NCBI RefSeq assembly: GCF_032062105.1
Contig: NW_026937974.1
Span: 1-64,000 of the forward strand
DNA length: 64,000 nt
Direction: 5' to 3'
Source of the DNA: Saccostrea cucullata
Lineage: Eukaryota
Under the pieces are notes generated by a model. The model was not told the origin of the DNA. It did not search any database and was given only the letters and a program-made list of their open reading frames with translations. The position numbers were made by a program, and so were the translations under genes. This document shows positions 1 to 13,600 of this stretch, in pieces; position 1 is the first letter of the stretch; each line of letters begins with the position of its first letter.

Positions 1-78
1 AGTCATTTTCAGAACTGATACCCCTTTCAAATGTTAGAAGAAAAAAATTCCCTCGCTTTCACTGAAAGGGAGTACCTA

Positions 79-268
79 CGGGACACGGGACACGAAACCT
101 ACGTTTTTAAGGTCATACCCGAAAGACCCGTGACTTTCACTTCTGGTGCAAAGAGCTTGGCAAAGGAACAGTCACTACCTATTTTTGCTTCTTAGGTTTG
201 ACGAGATCGAAACCGGGCTTCCCGGTCACAAAGCGAACGCTTTACTACTAGGCTACCGTGAACGGTCG
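79..268 (-). mobile_element. tRNA-derived SINE fragment
   Basis: Minus strand begins ACCGTTCACGG-TAGCCTAGTAG (A-box-like)...GGTTTCGATC (B-box-like), followed by GGTAGTGACTGTTCCTTTGCCAAG...GTCACGGGTCTTTCGG, resembling bivalve SINE bodies. A related fragment lies at ~5415-5550. Confidence 0.6.
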
Positions 269-364
269 CTAGGAAACGAATGAAAGTGTGGAAGACAGAC
301 AGAAAGACGGACGGACGGACAGTCCCAAATTAATATAACACCCATTTCTACTGAAAGCGGGATA

Positions 365-1476
365 CTTTCTTGCATTAAACTTCATCATGACCAGAAGATC
401 TCAAGTGAAAGGTGCATAACAGATACACCATGACATGGTTCTCATAGTTCTAGTCTCTTGTCTGTTCTTGTCTGCACTTAGTTTGTTTATGTTCAAGTTT
501 TTGTCTACATAAATCAGTTCTCCTGCATTGTTAACCGTATGTACTCTATAGTGATTTTTAACATCAAATAAATGATGTAGATTCTTACCTTCAGAATTTC
601 TCAAAATAAGACTGCGTCCATTACTGACTCAAATCCTATCTGGTGTCACAAAAGAAATGTGAGCACAATGAATTAAGTCAGTCACAGCAATGTACTTCTT
701 TAAGATAACATTTTGCATCAAGATTAACATTTGTTCATTTGTAACTTTTCTTTTTCCTGTCTCTGTGATTTTGATCTCCAATAAGAAGTCAATCATGTCT
801 CCTATATTGAGGTATACGATTTTGGGGACAGGGGTTTTCTTTATGAACAACATAAACATTACAGCTTTGTTTGCCAGTTGCTCATATCTATGCACATACT
901 CCTCCATTTTGTTATGCTTCAACACAAGACTCGTATAAATACTTGTTTTTATATAAATCATTCAGTGCCTTACTACGTGTATCGATTATTTCTTTCAGCT
1001 TTAACCGCAAGCTTTTGTTGGATGCTGGAGAATTTTGCTTTCAAAGCCTTTTTATCTCTTTTGACGTCAGATTTGAAATATGTTAGGATAGCACGATGGT
1101 ATGGGAGATTCTCACCTCTAGTCTGAATAATTCTTTCCCTGTATTCCTCTCTTTGAACCGTGCAGGCTTATTCAATATCCAGATTTTCATGTTCTTGATG
1201 CTTATAATTTCTTTCACAACATGCACATTTACAAGATTTGCACCAATTTAGATATTTTCAATGTGGGTGTCTGTCACATGACTCTGTAATTACAATGTCT
1301 CCTTGCTTTAAACGGTAAATAACAACATCATGGTCTTTGGTATCAAGATACACAACGTGTTTCTGCTTACACGCTAAACACAGATTTTGTTTACATGGCC
1401 TGCAGCAGAATTCCACATCAGTCGGACAATGAGAGCATTGAAGCACTTTAAGTTGTGTTGTGATATCCATATTCAT
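365..1476 (-). pseudogene. Degraded intronless B-box / coiled-coil / NHL-like (TRIM-like) gene, copy 1
   Basis: ORF 1258-1596 has a B-box (CSHC...CRPCKQNLCLACKQKH...HDVV) then a stop; ORFs 629-961 and 401-604 share a frame separated by TGA where the paralog has W (RI*VS vs KIWVS); truncated near a GACG-microsatellite/hairpin repeat end at ~270-365. Confidence 0.75.
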
Positions 1477-1839
1477 GGTGTTACTTTGATTTGTTTTCTT
1501 TTCTAGGTTCAAAGTGTCATGGGACAGTCTACAACTAAAAATTATTGATATAAAATTACTTTTTCTAAAGTAAAATGTTTCTAAGGAAATACGCACTAAA
1601 TTGAACTAGGTTAGGAACAAACAGACATTATACCAACAACTAACAAAAGAAATGCTGAATCTATTAAAACATAAAAAAAACTCTTTAAAAAAACTCAGAA
1701 TAATAGTTTTATCTAACGTATTTTTCGTGTTTAACTTGGAATTGTAAAACATTTTTCAAAACAATCATTTCACTTAAAGTACTAGTAAAAGTAATACATT
1801 TTGTGTTTTATTGACATGACATATCGTTATATATACATG

Positions 1840-2826
1840 CATGGAATGCCAAAATTATATATATTCAAATATTTGAACCTATCTTCAAATAACTGTACCT
1901 ATCTTAAAACAGTTAGTATTGAACCCATCTTCAATTGAATTTAAGATAAGTCTAATTGAATATATGTCTAAATGAATTAAAGATAGGTGTAAATAATTAA
2001 AGCTATCTCTGAATAATTAATCCCTAGTTTCAAATAAATTATACTTATCTTCAATTCAATTGAAGATAGGTTAATCGAATTATTTACAGTTAAAGAAATA
2101 CCTAGTCAATCTAACTAGTCTGCCTCGGAAATCGTCCGTCGTTATCAGTGATTATTCTAAGTACTGGCTAAGAAAGTGGGTAGTATGTGTCTCATTGAAG
2201 GAGATCGTATTGTTACCAGAAAACATAGTGAAAGTTACTCTTAAATTCTATATTTACTAATATTATTTAGTAAATTTACCAAGTACCAAGTAAAACCACT
2301 TTTGAGGTAGTGATTGTATTGACAGTAAATTTATTATATTCATCGTGACTTTAATGTAATTTATTCAGTTTATATTTATCTTTTAAAGAAAGGTACAATT
2401 AAATTTAGATACAATTGATTTGATGATAGGCACAGCTGAAAAAAATTCACATAAGAATTCAAGATACTAGGTACAGTTCAATTGTACAAAAGTATAATAA
2501 GTTTTCTGTCCTTGAAAATAAGGAAATTCCCCCATGACAGTAATTTAAACACAGAGAGAACTGTGCAAAGTATTTTTGTTGGGAGTAGTTATATTGTCAT
2601 TATCTTAATAATTAAAGACAGATTCAAATTTTTTTTAAAATCAACTTTACCTCTCTTTAAGTGAATTAAAGATAGGTATATGTAAAGTAAACCTATATTT
2701 AAAATATCTACGATAAGGTATAATTGATTCAAAGATAGCTTTAGGTACAGTTGATTTGAAATTAGGTACTATCAAATGAAGATAGGTATAAATATTTGAA
2801 TTGATGTTAATTTGATGTTCCATATA
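1840..2826. mobile_element. MITE/foldback-like element with imperfect long TIRs and ACCTATCTT sub-repeats
   Basis: Left ATGGAA...ATTCAAATATTTGAACCTATCTTCA mirrors right TGAAGATAGGTATAAATATTTGAAT...TTCCAT; many internal ACCTATCTT/AAGATAGGT copies. Confidence 0.5.
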
Positions 2827-3837
2827 AATAAATATGAATCTAAGAACTCTTTTCCAGTCCTTTTCAATCTTCGATTCATTACATTGGTTTATAGACATTT
2901 TTTTTTCAAAAATGATGAAAATGAATTTTAAAACATAGAGGTAAATAAGTTTTGCCACCTGAAAGTTTTACTTTAAATTAGAATTGTCAGTAGTGTTTTA
3001 TTACAAGTCTTCAAAAATTTAAAGATTTGTAAATTAACTGCCCCGGTGAACTTCTTGCGATATTTTTAAGTAAACAGTACAGGCATTAGAAACAAATAAA
3101 TATCAGCAAAATATTCAACGTGAGTTGAACTTGATATCAACAGGAAAAACTTATTCTTCTCACGTGATAGTTAGTAGTTGAGGAGGATTTGATTGAGAAG
3201 ATCGGAAGTTCTCAACGCAAATAATCTTGGGGGCGAATCATTGTGTTGATGCAAAGCTTCAGTCCATATTTCTTTAACATGAGAAAAATATCTAAAATGT
3301 TTAGGCTTACATAACAGTTTTAAATATTTTTTTTCTACTTCCGAAATAATCTGTGACAGTGTTCTATCTTGTCAAAAAAGACGATGCATTCCTTAAAATC
3401 AACAAAAGAGACACTGTATTAAACCTGGTGATTAACGCATATCAATAATCAAAGGAGTGTGGGTCGAGTTGGCACCGTTCGAAAGATAAGATAATATTTG
3501 AACTTTAAGCTCGTATAGAGGGAAGGATACAGCAAAGAAAAAAATGACAACTTATTTTGATATAACGGTGACAAGTTATAAAAAAAAAACCCATCTCATA
3601 TTCCAAACGCGAAATAATATTAATTGTGCGTTTGTGCATATTGGGGGAGGAGGAATTTATTTCAAAAACAAAAATTTACAGATAAAATTTTCAGTAGTAA
3701 CAAGCAGAGCAAACATGGACATCAAAAACATCAGAGGTGGGATTAGATGCCCTGGGGAGTGAGTATCCCCTGCCGACCGGTCACACCAGCCGTGTGCTCC
3801 TTTTTATGATGGGAAAATAACGGAAAAATCTGTCACC

Positions 3838-4356
3838 AATACTTGATATCGCGATTACTTAACTTAGCGGAACTCTTTGGCAAAGGAGGTAGAAATCGTC
3901 TGTTGGGTGGGGGCAATGTGCTATTCAATACAATGCAAGATCGGTCATTGTAGCATTTATAAGGACAGATAAGTCAAAAATCGTGGTGGAATACATCGCT
4001 ACACAATCGCTGAACCAGCCTAATATATTTTTGAGAGGAACCAATCCTAAATTATCACATTTTTAACGATATCTTTAATTAAGCTGACTCTTCTCGTTAA
4101 ATTTTCATTGAAAATCGTCACATTTTTAAGCAGATAAAATATTCTAAACTTTCCTTATTTGACATCTACTATTTGGAGTTCAATATCTGGCAAAACATCA
4201 TGATTTCGGCATTAAATTGTTCGAATCATTCGATTGTCACTACTGTAAACAATGTCATTTGCCCAGAAATTTAGACTTTTCTCACTCCCCCGCAAATGAG
4301 CGGTAGTAAGTTAGATAACTGCGAGGTACTCATTGGTAGTCGCGATATTACGTATT
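3838..4356. mobile_element. MITE inserted in a Penelope-like 3' fragment
   Basis: AATACTTGATATCGCGATTACT (3838-3859) vs reverse complement of 4335-4356 (18/22 match); host sequence at 3704-3837 resumes at ~4357, colinear with the copy at 47376-47560. Confidence 0.6.
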
Positions 4357-4859
4357 CAGGGAATAATTAATGGACTAACAATTTGTATGTAAAACGTTGG
4401 TCAGCATTTCATTATATGATTAACTATCCAAATATAAAATATATAAAAATATCAAATCTCATGGTACTTGGAAAAAGTTTTAAGCTATCCCTGAAAGATA
4501 GTCATTTGAGGAAATCAAAGCTTTACATGTTCACATAAAGTAAAAAGATCTTTTCAGAAATCACTGGGAAAAGTATTGGAATCTTACTTGGAAGTTTCAT
4601 AAGAATGTGTGGAATCAAATTGTTTTTCATAAAACATTACTCCTACCATTTTATACAATTTAATGAGAAAGAATAATTTAACAAAGATTCATAATAAATT
4701 AATAATTTATGTTTATCCTCTTTGATTTTTTGAAAAGTGTTGCTATATTTACTTCAATAGATACAAATGATCCTCGTTTTCACATAGATAGGGCAAATAT
4801 TAAAGTTTTAGACAGCTGCTGATTTGAGAAACCTTGATATTATATCTAACCACAATTTG

Positions 4860-5265
4860 TCACCAAGATAAAAACGAAAATTCTGAAATATTATTGCACA
4901 TCTACAGGATATTATCAACCATCTCCGAAAAGATAAATATACTACTGTGTAAAAAGAAGAGGATTTATGGGAGCCATGGGATATTTGGACAAAAAGAAAT
5001 ATCATTTTTTGATCCCTGGGATAAAATTGAAAATTCTGAGATATTATTGCACATCTACAGGGCACTGCCAACCATGTCCAACAGATGATTAGTCCACTGT
5101 GTAAAATGAAAGATGAGTTCAGACAACCAGGGGCTTTTTGCATAAAAAAATTATTTTTTCGACCCCCATTTGACCCCTAGGATGAAAATGAAAATTCCAA
5201 AACATTATTGCATTTTACAGGACTCCAACATCTATCTCCAAAAAGATGAATAGACTGCTGTGTAA
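4860..5265. repeat. ~150-160 bp tandem repeat, 3 copies
   Basis: GAT-AAAA..GAAAATTC...ATTATTGCA...TACAGG recurs at ~4868, ~5020 and ~5181. Confidence 0.65.
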
Positions 5266-6585
5266 AAAAAATCACAATACATGTATTGACATGTCCAGCA
5301 GCACTTTTCTTATAGGGTGAAAAGGATTGTATATGATTGTATATGTTGTTTTACATTCTTTTTGGAATCTTTCATTTACTATTTGCCGGTTTAGAGCTAC
5401 AAATCTTGTCCTTTACTCTGCACTTAGGGCCATTGAGCAGTGAGGGATCTTTTTCGTGCCAGCACCTAAAGGAACACGGGACCTCGGTTCAAATGGTCTC
5501 ATCCAAAATACCGGTCTCCATGTCGCACAGTTTGATTCGAACCCGCAACGTAAATGTTTTATTCATATAGTGGGATGAGGTGCCTAAGAGAAGTAAACAT
5601 CACTTGCTCTGTTGACCACTAACAACAATAGTTCTGATGTTATTAATTACTTAACCTATGAGAATCTATCAGTGTGTAGTTAGCGTAGTACTCCAGGGCA
5701 TCAAAATTAATGGGAAACGTGGGTAATTTGCATAAAGGGCAAAGTCCGTCATGCAAAAATGTGCATAAATTTATTATGCAAACTATGCATTAATTTGCAT
5801 AACGGGTGAAAGCATGCTCCGTGAAGCAAGTTTTATCAAAATAAAAAAGCTGTATATTTTTTAATAATCACCGGAGAGCAAAAATTTCTTGTATATTTAT
5901 TGGAAAAAAGGTAAAGATTTTATCGGGAAAGTTTGACCGGTTTCGTGGAAATAGCGCGCTCACAATTGAACTTGTCCGCGAACTTTTCCAACACCCTAAG
6001 TCATATTTATCAGGAAATACGAAGGTAACAAACAATAATCAAACTATCAAGTCCATCGAAACGATACAAATATGGAACAAAACAAACATTAACATCTGAA
6101 AATTTGGAAGGTCGGATGAGTTGCCATACAGGTTAGTTGTAAGTTTGCCCTTATCGTCTACAATCAGTAAAACATTTAAATATGAAACAGATAAGTCAAA
6201 CTCTATGTTGTCTTTTATTTTGATTTCACTAGGATATATCGAATCGACATGTGATTCTTCTAATCATTTTTTAATAAAGATAAAATTTATTTGCACTATA
6301 TAATCAAAATTATCGAAAAAGAAATATGATTTATATTTCATGATATCCAATTATTGAAACATTATAGTGAATGACTGATGCATTATACAACATTAAGAGA
6401 AAGTTTGCAACATAGATTATAATTATAGAATACAATGGGGCATTATATAACCTATTATGCATATTTCTGACAAACTATACATTCGTCTGTGGGTGTATTC
6501 AATAAGGTTTAGCACAATTCATTTTGAAATTATAATGTTATAATTTATATCTTCAGTTAGTCTCAGTTTAATTATTTCATCACTT

Positions 6586-8219
6586 TTATAAATAGTTTTT
6601 TCTATTAATGAATCGGTATAAATACATATTATCTACATAAGATCCAACCCATAAAAGGTGGTTTGTGTTATCATAGGCCAGGCACCATGGCATCTTGATG
6701 TCTGGAAATCTGAACAGTCGTAATAGAAAATGGCCGTCTTTGTCAATCACTTGTATGGAGCCTGTGTCGCCACAACACACCAGGATGTTTGATAGTACGT
6801 CTGTACAAATCCCACATGGTAAAATTTGTAGTCCTCCTGTAGGGGGTCCGATGTAGGAGAATCGATATCCTCCTTCACTGTCTGTTACAACCAAAGCACC
6901 ACTGTGTGAAGTTCTAAAATCTGACACAATAACATCCCCATGCCTGCTAATCTCTGTTATGTATACAGGACAATTATAAAGTGTCTGGCCATCGCCTTTG
7001 TATTGGATAGTTTGGGGCAGTGATCCTTTATTGTTGTACCGGGTTACTTTTGCTTCTATATGATAGTCTTTACCTATATCATATTTACCAGAACCTACCA
7101 CTAAATCTCCATTTAACAGGGAACTGTAGATACAATGTGGTTTCCATGGATCTGATCTCTTTACTAGTGTTGACTCTGTTGTGTTGTCTAGTGAAAGTTT
7201 GCAGATGTTACCATTTTGATTCATGTAAATGAGTTCTTTTTCTCTGGTCACTGTGTGTACACCAGCACCATTATTTGTAACTGCCAGCTGATGCAGTATG
7301 TCACCATTTGCACTGGTCAAGATTAAGCTATTTTTATCACTTACCCAGATTTTGTTTGGTAATCCAAGGGAAATATGACGATACTCTGTGATACCTGTCA
7401 CAACTAAAGATTTGTGAAACTCAGGTCTGATCATTTTCAGGAGAGAATCGTTTCTTACTTGCCTTCTCCCTATCCTTTTCTGTTTTATTTTCCCCATTAA
7501 ACAAATCACCTCTTCCTTAATTTCATTCATTTTAGGAATTTGAAACTTCTTTAGCCATAAAAGGGAATACTACTGGTCTATTTGCGGACTGTTCAAATTG
7601 ATCTTCATATCTCATCATGTTTTCAATATGCTTTTTTCGATGTTGGAATTTCGATGAGATTAATTGAGACATTAATTCAGTAAATTCCTTTCGCATTTCT
7701 TTATCGATAAATTCCTTCAGTCTCTGACTTTTTCTTGTCATCTGCAACCTGATTTTGGATGTTTCCCTTTGAATCATTTTAATTTCTGTTTTCACGTCAG
7801 ATTTAATATCCGCTAAGATAGCCATACTATAAGAAAGTATCTTACCTCGGAAGGGGATTAATCCTGTCATTGCTCTCTTCTCTGCACATCATGCAACATG
7901 ATTCTATATTCTGTGTTTCATGTTGCTGGTGTTCATTACAATTACACTTGACACAGATAGGATTTTCACAAGACAGACACCAGCGGTCATATTTTCTGCC
8001 TTTGTGTCTTTTACACGCTTCTGATATCATAACTCCATTCTTTAACTGACGTATTACTACATCATGATAAATAGTGTCCAGATCTATTACATGTTTCTCC
8101 TTACAAGGAACACAAAGGTATCTTTTACATGTGTTGCAGTAGAATTCTATCTTCCAGTGAAATGGATCACAAATTGGTAGCTTTGATATTGGTATATTAT
8201 GTATATTCACAATGCTCAT
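6586..8219 (-). pseudogene. Intronless tandem B-box / coiled-coil / NHL-like beta-propeller (TRIM-like) gene, copy 2, two frameshifts
   Basis: Consecutive ORFs 7842-8219 (two B-boxes), 7532-7870 (coiled coil) and 6586-7530 (NHL-like: PVYITE..GDVIVSD, PCGICTD..NILVC, PWCLAYD..LLWVGS). Frameshifts near 7860 and 7531 could be real or assembly indels. Confidence 0.8.
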
Positions 8220-8394
8220 TTTGTTTCAGGCTTTATGTTTGGAGATAACAAACACTGATCATGCCTAAAAGTCCACTTACACAATACAAATTATGAGCAG
8301 AGCGAACATTGATCTTTAAATCAGAAGTGGCACCAGCTTACATCATCGGAGAAACGGAAAATTCTGATGAAAAATGAAGATCTGATGTAACATA

Positions 8395-8810
8395 TGGAGA
8401 TAATGAACAGCATTCAAAATCAGAACCAATACAAAATAGTACCAGAGCAAACACGGAACTCCAAATCATCAGAAGTGGGATCAGGTGCCATGGAGAAGTG
8501 AGCCTCCCCTGCTGACCGATTACAACCTCAGTGTGCTCCCTGTCGTTATTGGGGAATAACGGACAAATTCGTCGTCAATTCCATTTATAAATCGGTGGAG
8601 TAGTTAGTTTGAAAAACGTCGGTCAGCAGTAATTAACTCAATATTTGCTGACAAGGTCATTGTATCGACCACGGAGCTTACGAAATGATAACTTTAAATG
8701 AGAAATTCTTATCTCATCAACTTGTTTGTAAATTATTTACCTCGTTCGAGAAATTGTTCATACGTAGAGCATGCTATTGCGTATCGAATAAACTGAGATA
8801 TATAAACTTC
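8395..8810 (-). mobile_element. Penelope-like retroelement 3' fragment
   Basis: Colinear with 47316-47750 (RT C-terminal LIRYA-type coding remnant plus conserved 3' GGCACCTGATCCCAC motif). Confidence 0.65.
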
Positions 8811-10607
8811 GTATTAACATGCAAGACATCAGTCAGCATTTGGTTACACCGTGAATTAGTAAAATTGCGCTGGTATCTGAAAATAGAAAAATAAGAATCT
8901 CAGGACATTGAAAAAATAAGCTATTTCTGAGAATCTATGTCCCCCGCTTAAGATAAAAATAGCATGTGCGGATCATGCGAATCTTGGGGGTGGAGAGGGA
9001 GCGGAGGGGGAAGAATGGCGGGTTGGGCCATAGGGGGTTTTTAAATAAAATTTAATTGCAAAAATCAAAAGCTTCTTGAAATTTGTCTGAAAATGAAAGT
9101 TTTAGACGGATACAGAATGTATGAAATTACAACTTTGACATTTAACCTTTTGACTTCAAATTCTCCATTAGGAAGTTGTGGTTTAAAATTTCACTGCAAA
9201 TACTCAAAGGCTTCTCGAGATATCGCCTGGAAATGAAAGTTTAAGATACACATACAATGTCTGAATTTACGTCATTGATCTTCGACCTTTTGATCTGGAA
9301 ATTAATAGGTTTTCCTTAGTTCATTTTGATTTGTGTTTAATTGTATTGCAAAAAACCTTAAGCTTCTAGAGATGTCACGCTTAAACGAAAGTGTGACAGT
9401 CCGGCAGAAGTACAGCTAGACAGACAGTCAGACCAAAGTCAGTATCTCCCACTTTCACTAGGCCTTCATCAATGAAGGGGGGGGGAGAAACAGGAAAGTT
9501 CACAATAAGTGAGTCTACATATAGCATGCGATACATCCATACACTAATTTAAAAACATGCCTGATTGCAAAAAATGTTGAAATGTAACTCGACGAACGTT
9601 TAGAAGTGACATTATTTTCATTTAGTAATTTTCTGTGAGTAAATAAAAATACAAACCTTGAACATAAAACTTCACTTTTGTAATTCTGCCTTAAAGTCCA
9701 CTGTTGTGTTATTCAGTTGAGAGATGAAATCTTTTCTCATTGCAACATAGGACAATTTTGATGATTTTTAAAGATTCCTAACTTCACCATCTTTGATGAT
9801 GTCATAATTGTCCTGTCATGCATTTCCTTAAATGTCCGAGGATCAACTAATAAATGATACCAAACAATCCAAAACTTCACACTGGTGAAATTTTCAAAAG
9901 GAAACTGGCTAAATTCTTTTCTTATAAACTAGGTCATACAGAAGGGTGTTTGAAAACAGGTTATCCCCCCCCCCAAAAAAAAAGCCAAAATACATGTTCA
10001 TGATCAAATAATTTGAAAACATTTGCGCCATTTTTTCCTATCTTTCTATGTCAACAAGTAGTTCTGTTTTTATTGATCGTAAAGGAAAAAAAATGTTTTC
10101 TTTTCTCTACCAGTAAATCAATATCATACAAGTTGCATACTTTACCTATAATCACACATGAAAAAGAAAACTTTCAAAATCCAGATAAACAGTAGAAACC
10201 AAAGAAAATATCAACAATTAAACTGTTATACAACAACGTAAGGACCGTTCCATTGAGCCCATGCTTCTTCCGAGTCCATTACAGATCCTGATAATATACA
10301 TGTGTAATGTAATTTGGGAGGGCAGTTATTCAAGAAGGTTCTACAGAAGAAAAAATCCCGGTTTTAATATCAGCTTAAATATCTTCATATTTTGTCATTC
10401 TGTTCCTGAACACTTTATTGTGGTGAATTATTTAGTCTCCCTTGACTTAATTTTATTTTGAATTTTAACTCTGCGGTATTTGAGCTTGAAGTTTCAGGTC
10501 AGAATTTCTGTTGTAAAATTGTAATTAACTAAAGGATGTAAAACCATTCGTTTTTCATATTTGCAATGGAAGAACTATTCATAAGCTTTGCAACTAATTC
10601 AAACAAA

Positions 10608-13600
10608 ACTAGGGCTAATTGTAACGGGAACCGTTACAGATGTTCCCCAAACGCTTCCAACTCCTTTTGGTGCCATACTCCCTTTAAGCTTCATTAAAAA
10701 TGACAAACTCTATGCATTTTACACTTTAACAACGTTTCCCTGAAGTATACCGAGTATATTAAAATTTTAGCATTTGCACGCGTGCACATGTAAATGCATG
10801 TGCGTAATGACCATATTTTCTTGTCTACACTATCTATATACATTAATATAATAAAATAATAAAGCATTTAATCGAAAAGTATTAAAAAATACGCTTCATC
10901 AAGTGTATTTTTGATTTTACCCATCTCACGTGCATGCACGTGCATGCATGTGCATGATGACCTTACCTTTTTGTAGGAATCCACTATGTCTATCTATGTT
11001 CTAAATCCCATCCTGTTTGGTTGAAAATCAAAGGAGTTATACCCATTTAAAGTTTAAGCCAATCAGATTGCAGCGCACGTGCATGCGCGTGTTTTCATGA
11101 TACCTGCTATATATTATATTGTAGTATATCCTAATGCATGACTATGTTTAAAATTTCAAAGCATTTCGTCAAAAAACAAAAGAGATATTGAAATCTTTGT
11201 TTCAGCCAATCAGAGGGAAGCGCACGTGCATGCACGTGAGTTCGTGCTAATTTGACCATGTCATATTATCTAGACTATTAATATATCCTTATAGAATGAG
11301 TTTCAAAGCATTTCAATAAAAAATGTAAAAGTTATGGCTATAATAAGTATATCAGTCATTTCACTCATTTCACGCGCACGCACGTGCATGCGTATGCGCG
11401 CAAAATGACCTTCGTTGTGCACACCTACACTTGACACCTATTAACCCTAAAAAGGTTTTAACTTAGTTGGGTGAACAGTTTCTGAGAACACTCGCGGACA
11501 AAAAAAGTACCGGAGAACAAAGAAGAAAAAAAAGAATAATAATAATAATAACTAGAGCCGAGCTCGTTGCAAAGCAACGAGTAGGTCTTCCGTCCTGTTT
11601 GACCGGAAGTAACTTTCATTTAAAAAAAAGAGTAATGAAGTCCCAAAATGGTTTAATCCTCCTAAATGTATGTTAATTAATGCAAAAATAAGCCATTTTT
11701 GAACTTCCGGTTTGACCGGAAGTGATCGACGGACGAAAAATTAATTTTTATGCTTCCAGACATATGAATCCAAAAATTGAAAAGAACAGCAAAAATATGC
11801 AATTTTTGACTACTTCCGGTTTGGCCGGAAGTGACGTCGTCGGACGTATTTTGATGACACCATTAGATAAAGCTTGATATTTTGAACAATTTTGCTTCTT
11901 TGATAAATTACAAATTCCCAATACTTTTTGAGATATAAAGGAAAAACTTTCGGCCCCTTTTGGTCCTTTATTATAGGGGCCAGCCCCTTATCGTTGATAT
12001 ATTTCGAAAGATCTGTGACATTTTCCTTCTTTTGTTCTATATGTTTTAACAAAATATTAACGTGTAAAAAGATATTGCCAAAAATGTGTGAAAATTTTTT
12101 GAATTCCCGATAGGTCTTTTTTGAGCCATAGCAAGTTTCGAGGTGCTGCACTTCCGGAGAATTAAGAACAGGTGTATGTCACATCAGCATGTTGCTCTAT
12201 CTTCGCTGAAAATTTTTTCTATCTATATCATTTTTGAGAAAAATCTGGACAATGTGACCCTTAAAAATCATTAAATCGCGGAAATCTCGAAACCGGACGT
12301 GACGTCACAAAAATAAAAAAATATATATCAGGTTTGATTGATGTTCCATCAGTCCTGAAAGTTTCATGAAAATCGATAGAGCCGTTTCTGAGAAATCGCG
12401 TGCACAAAATCGGTAAGAAAAAAAACAATAATAAAAATAACTAGAGCAAAGCTCGTTGCAAAGCAACGAGTAGGTCTTCCGTCCGGTTTTGACCGGAAGT
12501 GCCGGAAGTGACAGAACAAAAGAAAGCAATGAGCTAAAAAGTCTCCAGTGACTTTATAATTTCAATTTTGCATCAAAACCTTCAAAATAAGCCATTTTTT
12601 GCTACTTCCGGTTTGACCGGAAGTGACGACGACGGACGGAAAAATTACTTTTTATGCTTCCAGAGACATATGTAACCACAAAACTTGTCAAGAACGGCAA
12701 AAAAACGCGTTTTCCGACTACTTCCGGTTTGGCCGGAAGTGACGACGCCGGACGTATCTTGACGACGCCAGTAGATTAAGCTTGACATTTTGAACAACTT
12801 TGCTTCTTTGACCTCTTACAAATTCTTAATACTTTTTGACTTATGAAAGAAAAACTTTCGGCCCCTCTAGGCCCTTAAATTTAGGGGCCAGCCCTTTTTT
12901 TAAGATATCATTTGAAAGATCTTGAAATTTTACACTTCTTTTGTTCTATATGTTTAAACAAAATGTTTACAGGTAAAAAGATATCGTAGAAAAGGTGTTA
13001 AAAATTTTGAAATTTGCGATTTGTCATTTTTCGAGCCATAGCCAGCGCCGACGTACTGCACTTCCGGTAAAAACGAAAGACGTTACGCATATCTATAGAC
13101 TTTGGTCTATCATACCTGAAAGTTTCATGTTTCTATCTAGAGCCATTATTGAGAAAGTCTGGAGACAACCTGACCCTTTAAAATTCATAAAATCGGCAAT
13201 ATTTCCAAACCGGAAGTGACGTCATCAAAACGGAAAAAAATGCATAAGGTTCAAGTAATGTTACATAAGTCCTGAAAGTTTCGTTGAAATCCATCGAGCC
13301 GTTTTCGAGAAATCGCGTGCACAAAATCGGTAAGAAAAAAAAATAATAATAATAATAACTAGAGCAAAGCTCGTTGCAAAGCAACGAAGGTCTTCCGTCC
13401 TGTTTGACCGGAAAATTTGACAGAAAAAAGATAACCAAAAAGTCTCCTGCTATTTTGAACATACTCTTATAACAATTTTGCATCAAAATGTAAAATAAGC
13501 CATTTTTTGCTACTTCCGGTTTGACCGGAAGTGAAGACGGACAGAAAAATTAATTTTATGCCCCCAGAGACATATGTAACCAAAAACTTGTCAAGAACGG

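Noticed and set aside
401-1260. Selenocysteine or readthrough recoding of the TGA stops in TRIM-like copy 1
   Set aside because: One TGA replaces a conserved Trp, other disruptions are present and no SECIS was recognised; pseudogenisation is simpler.
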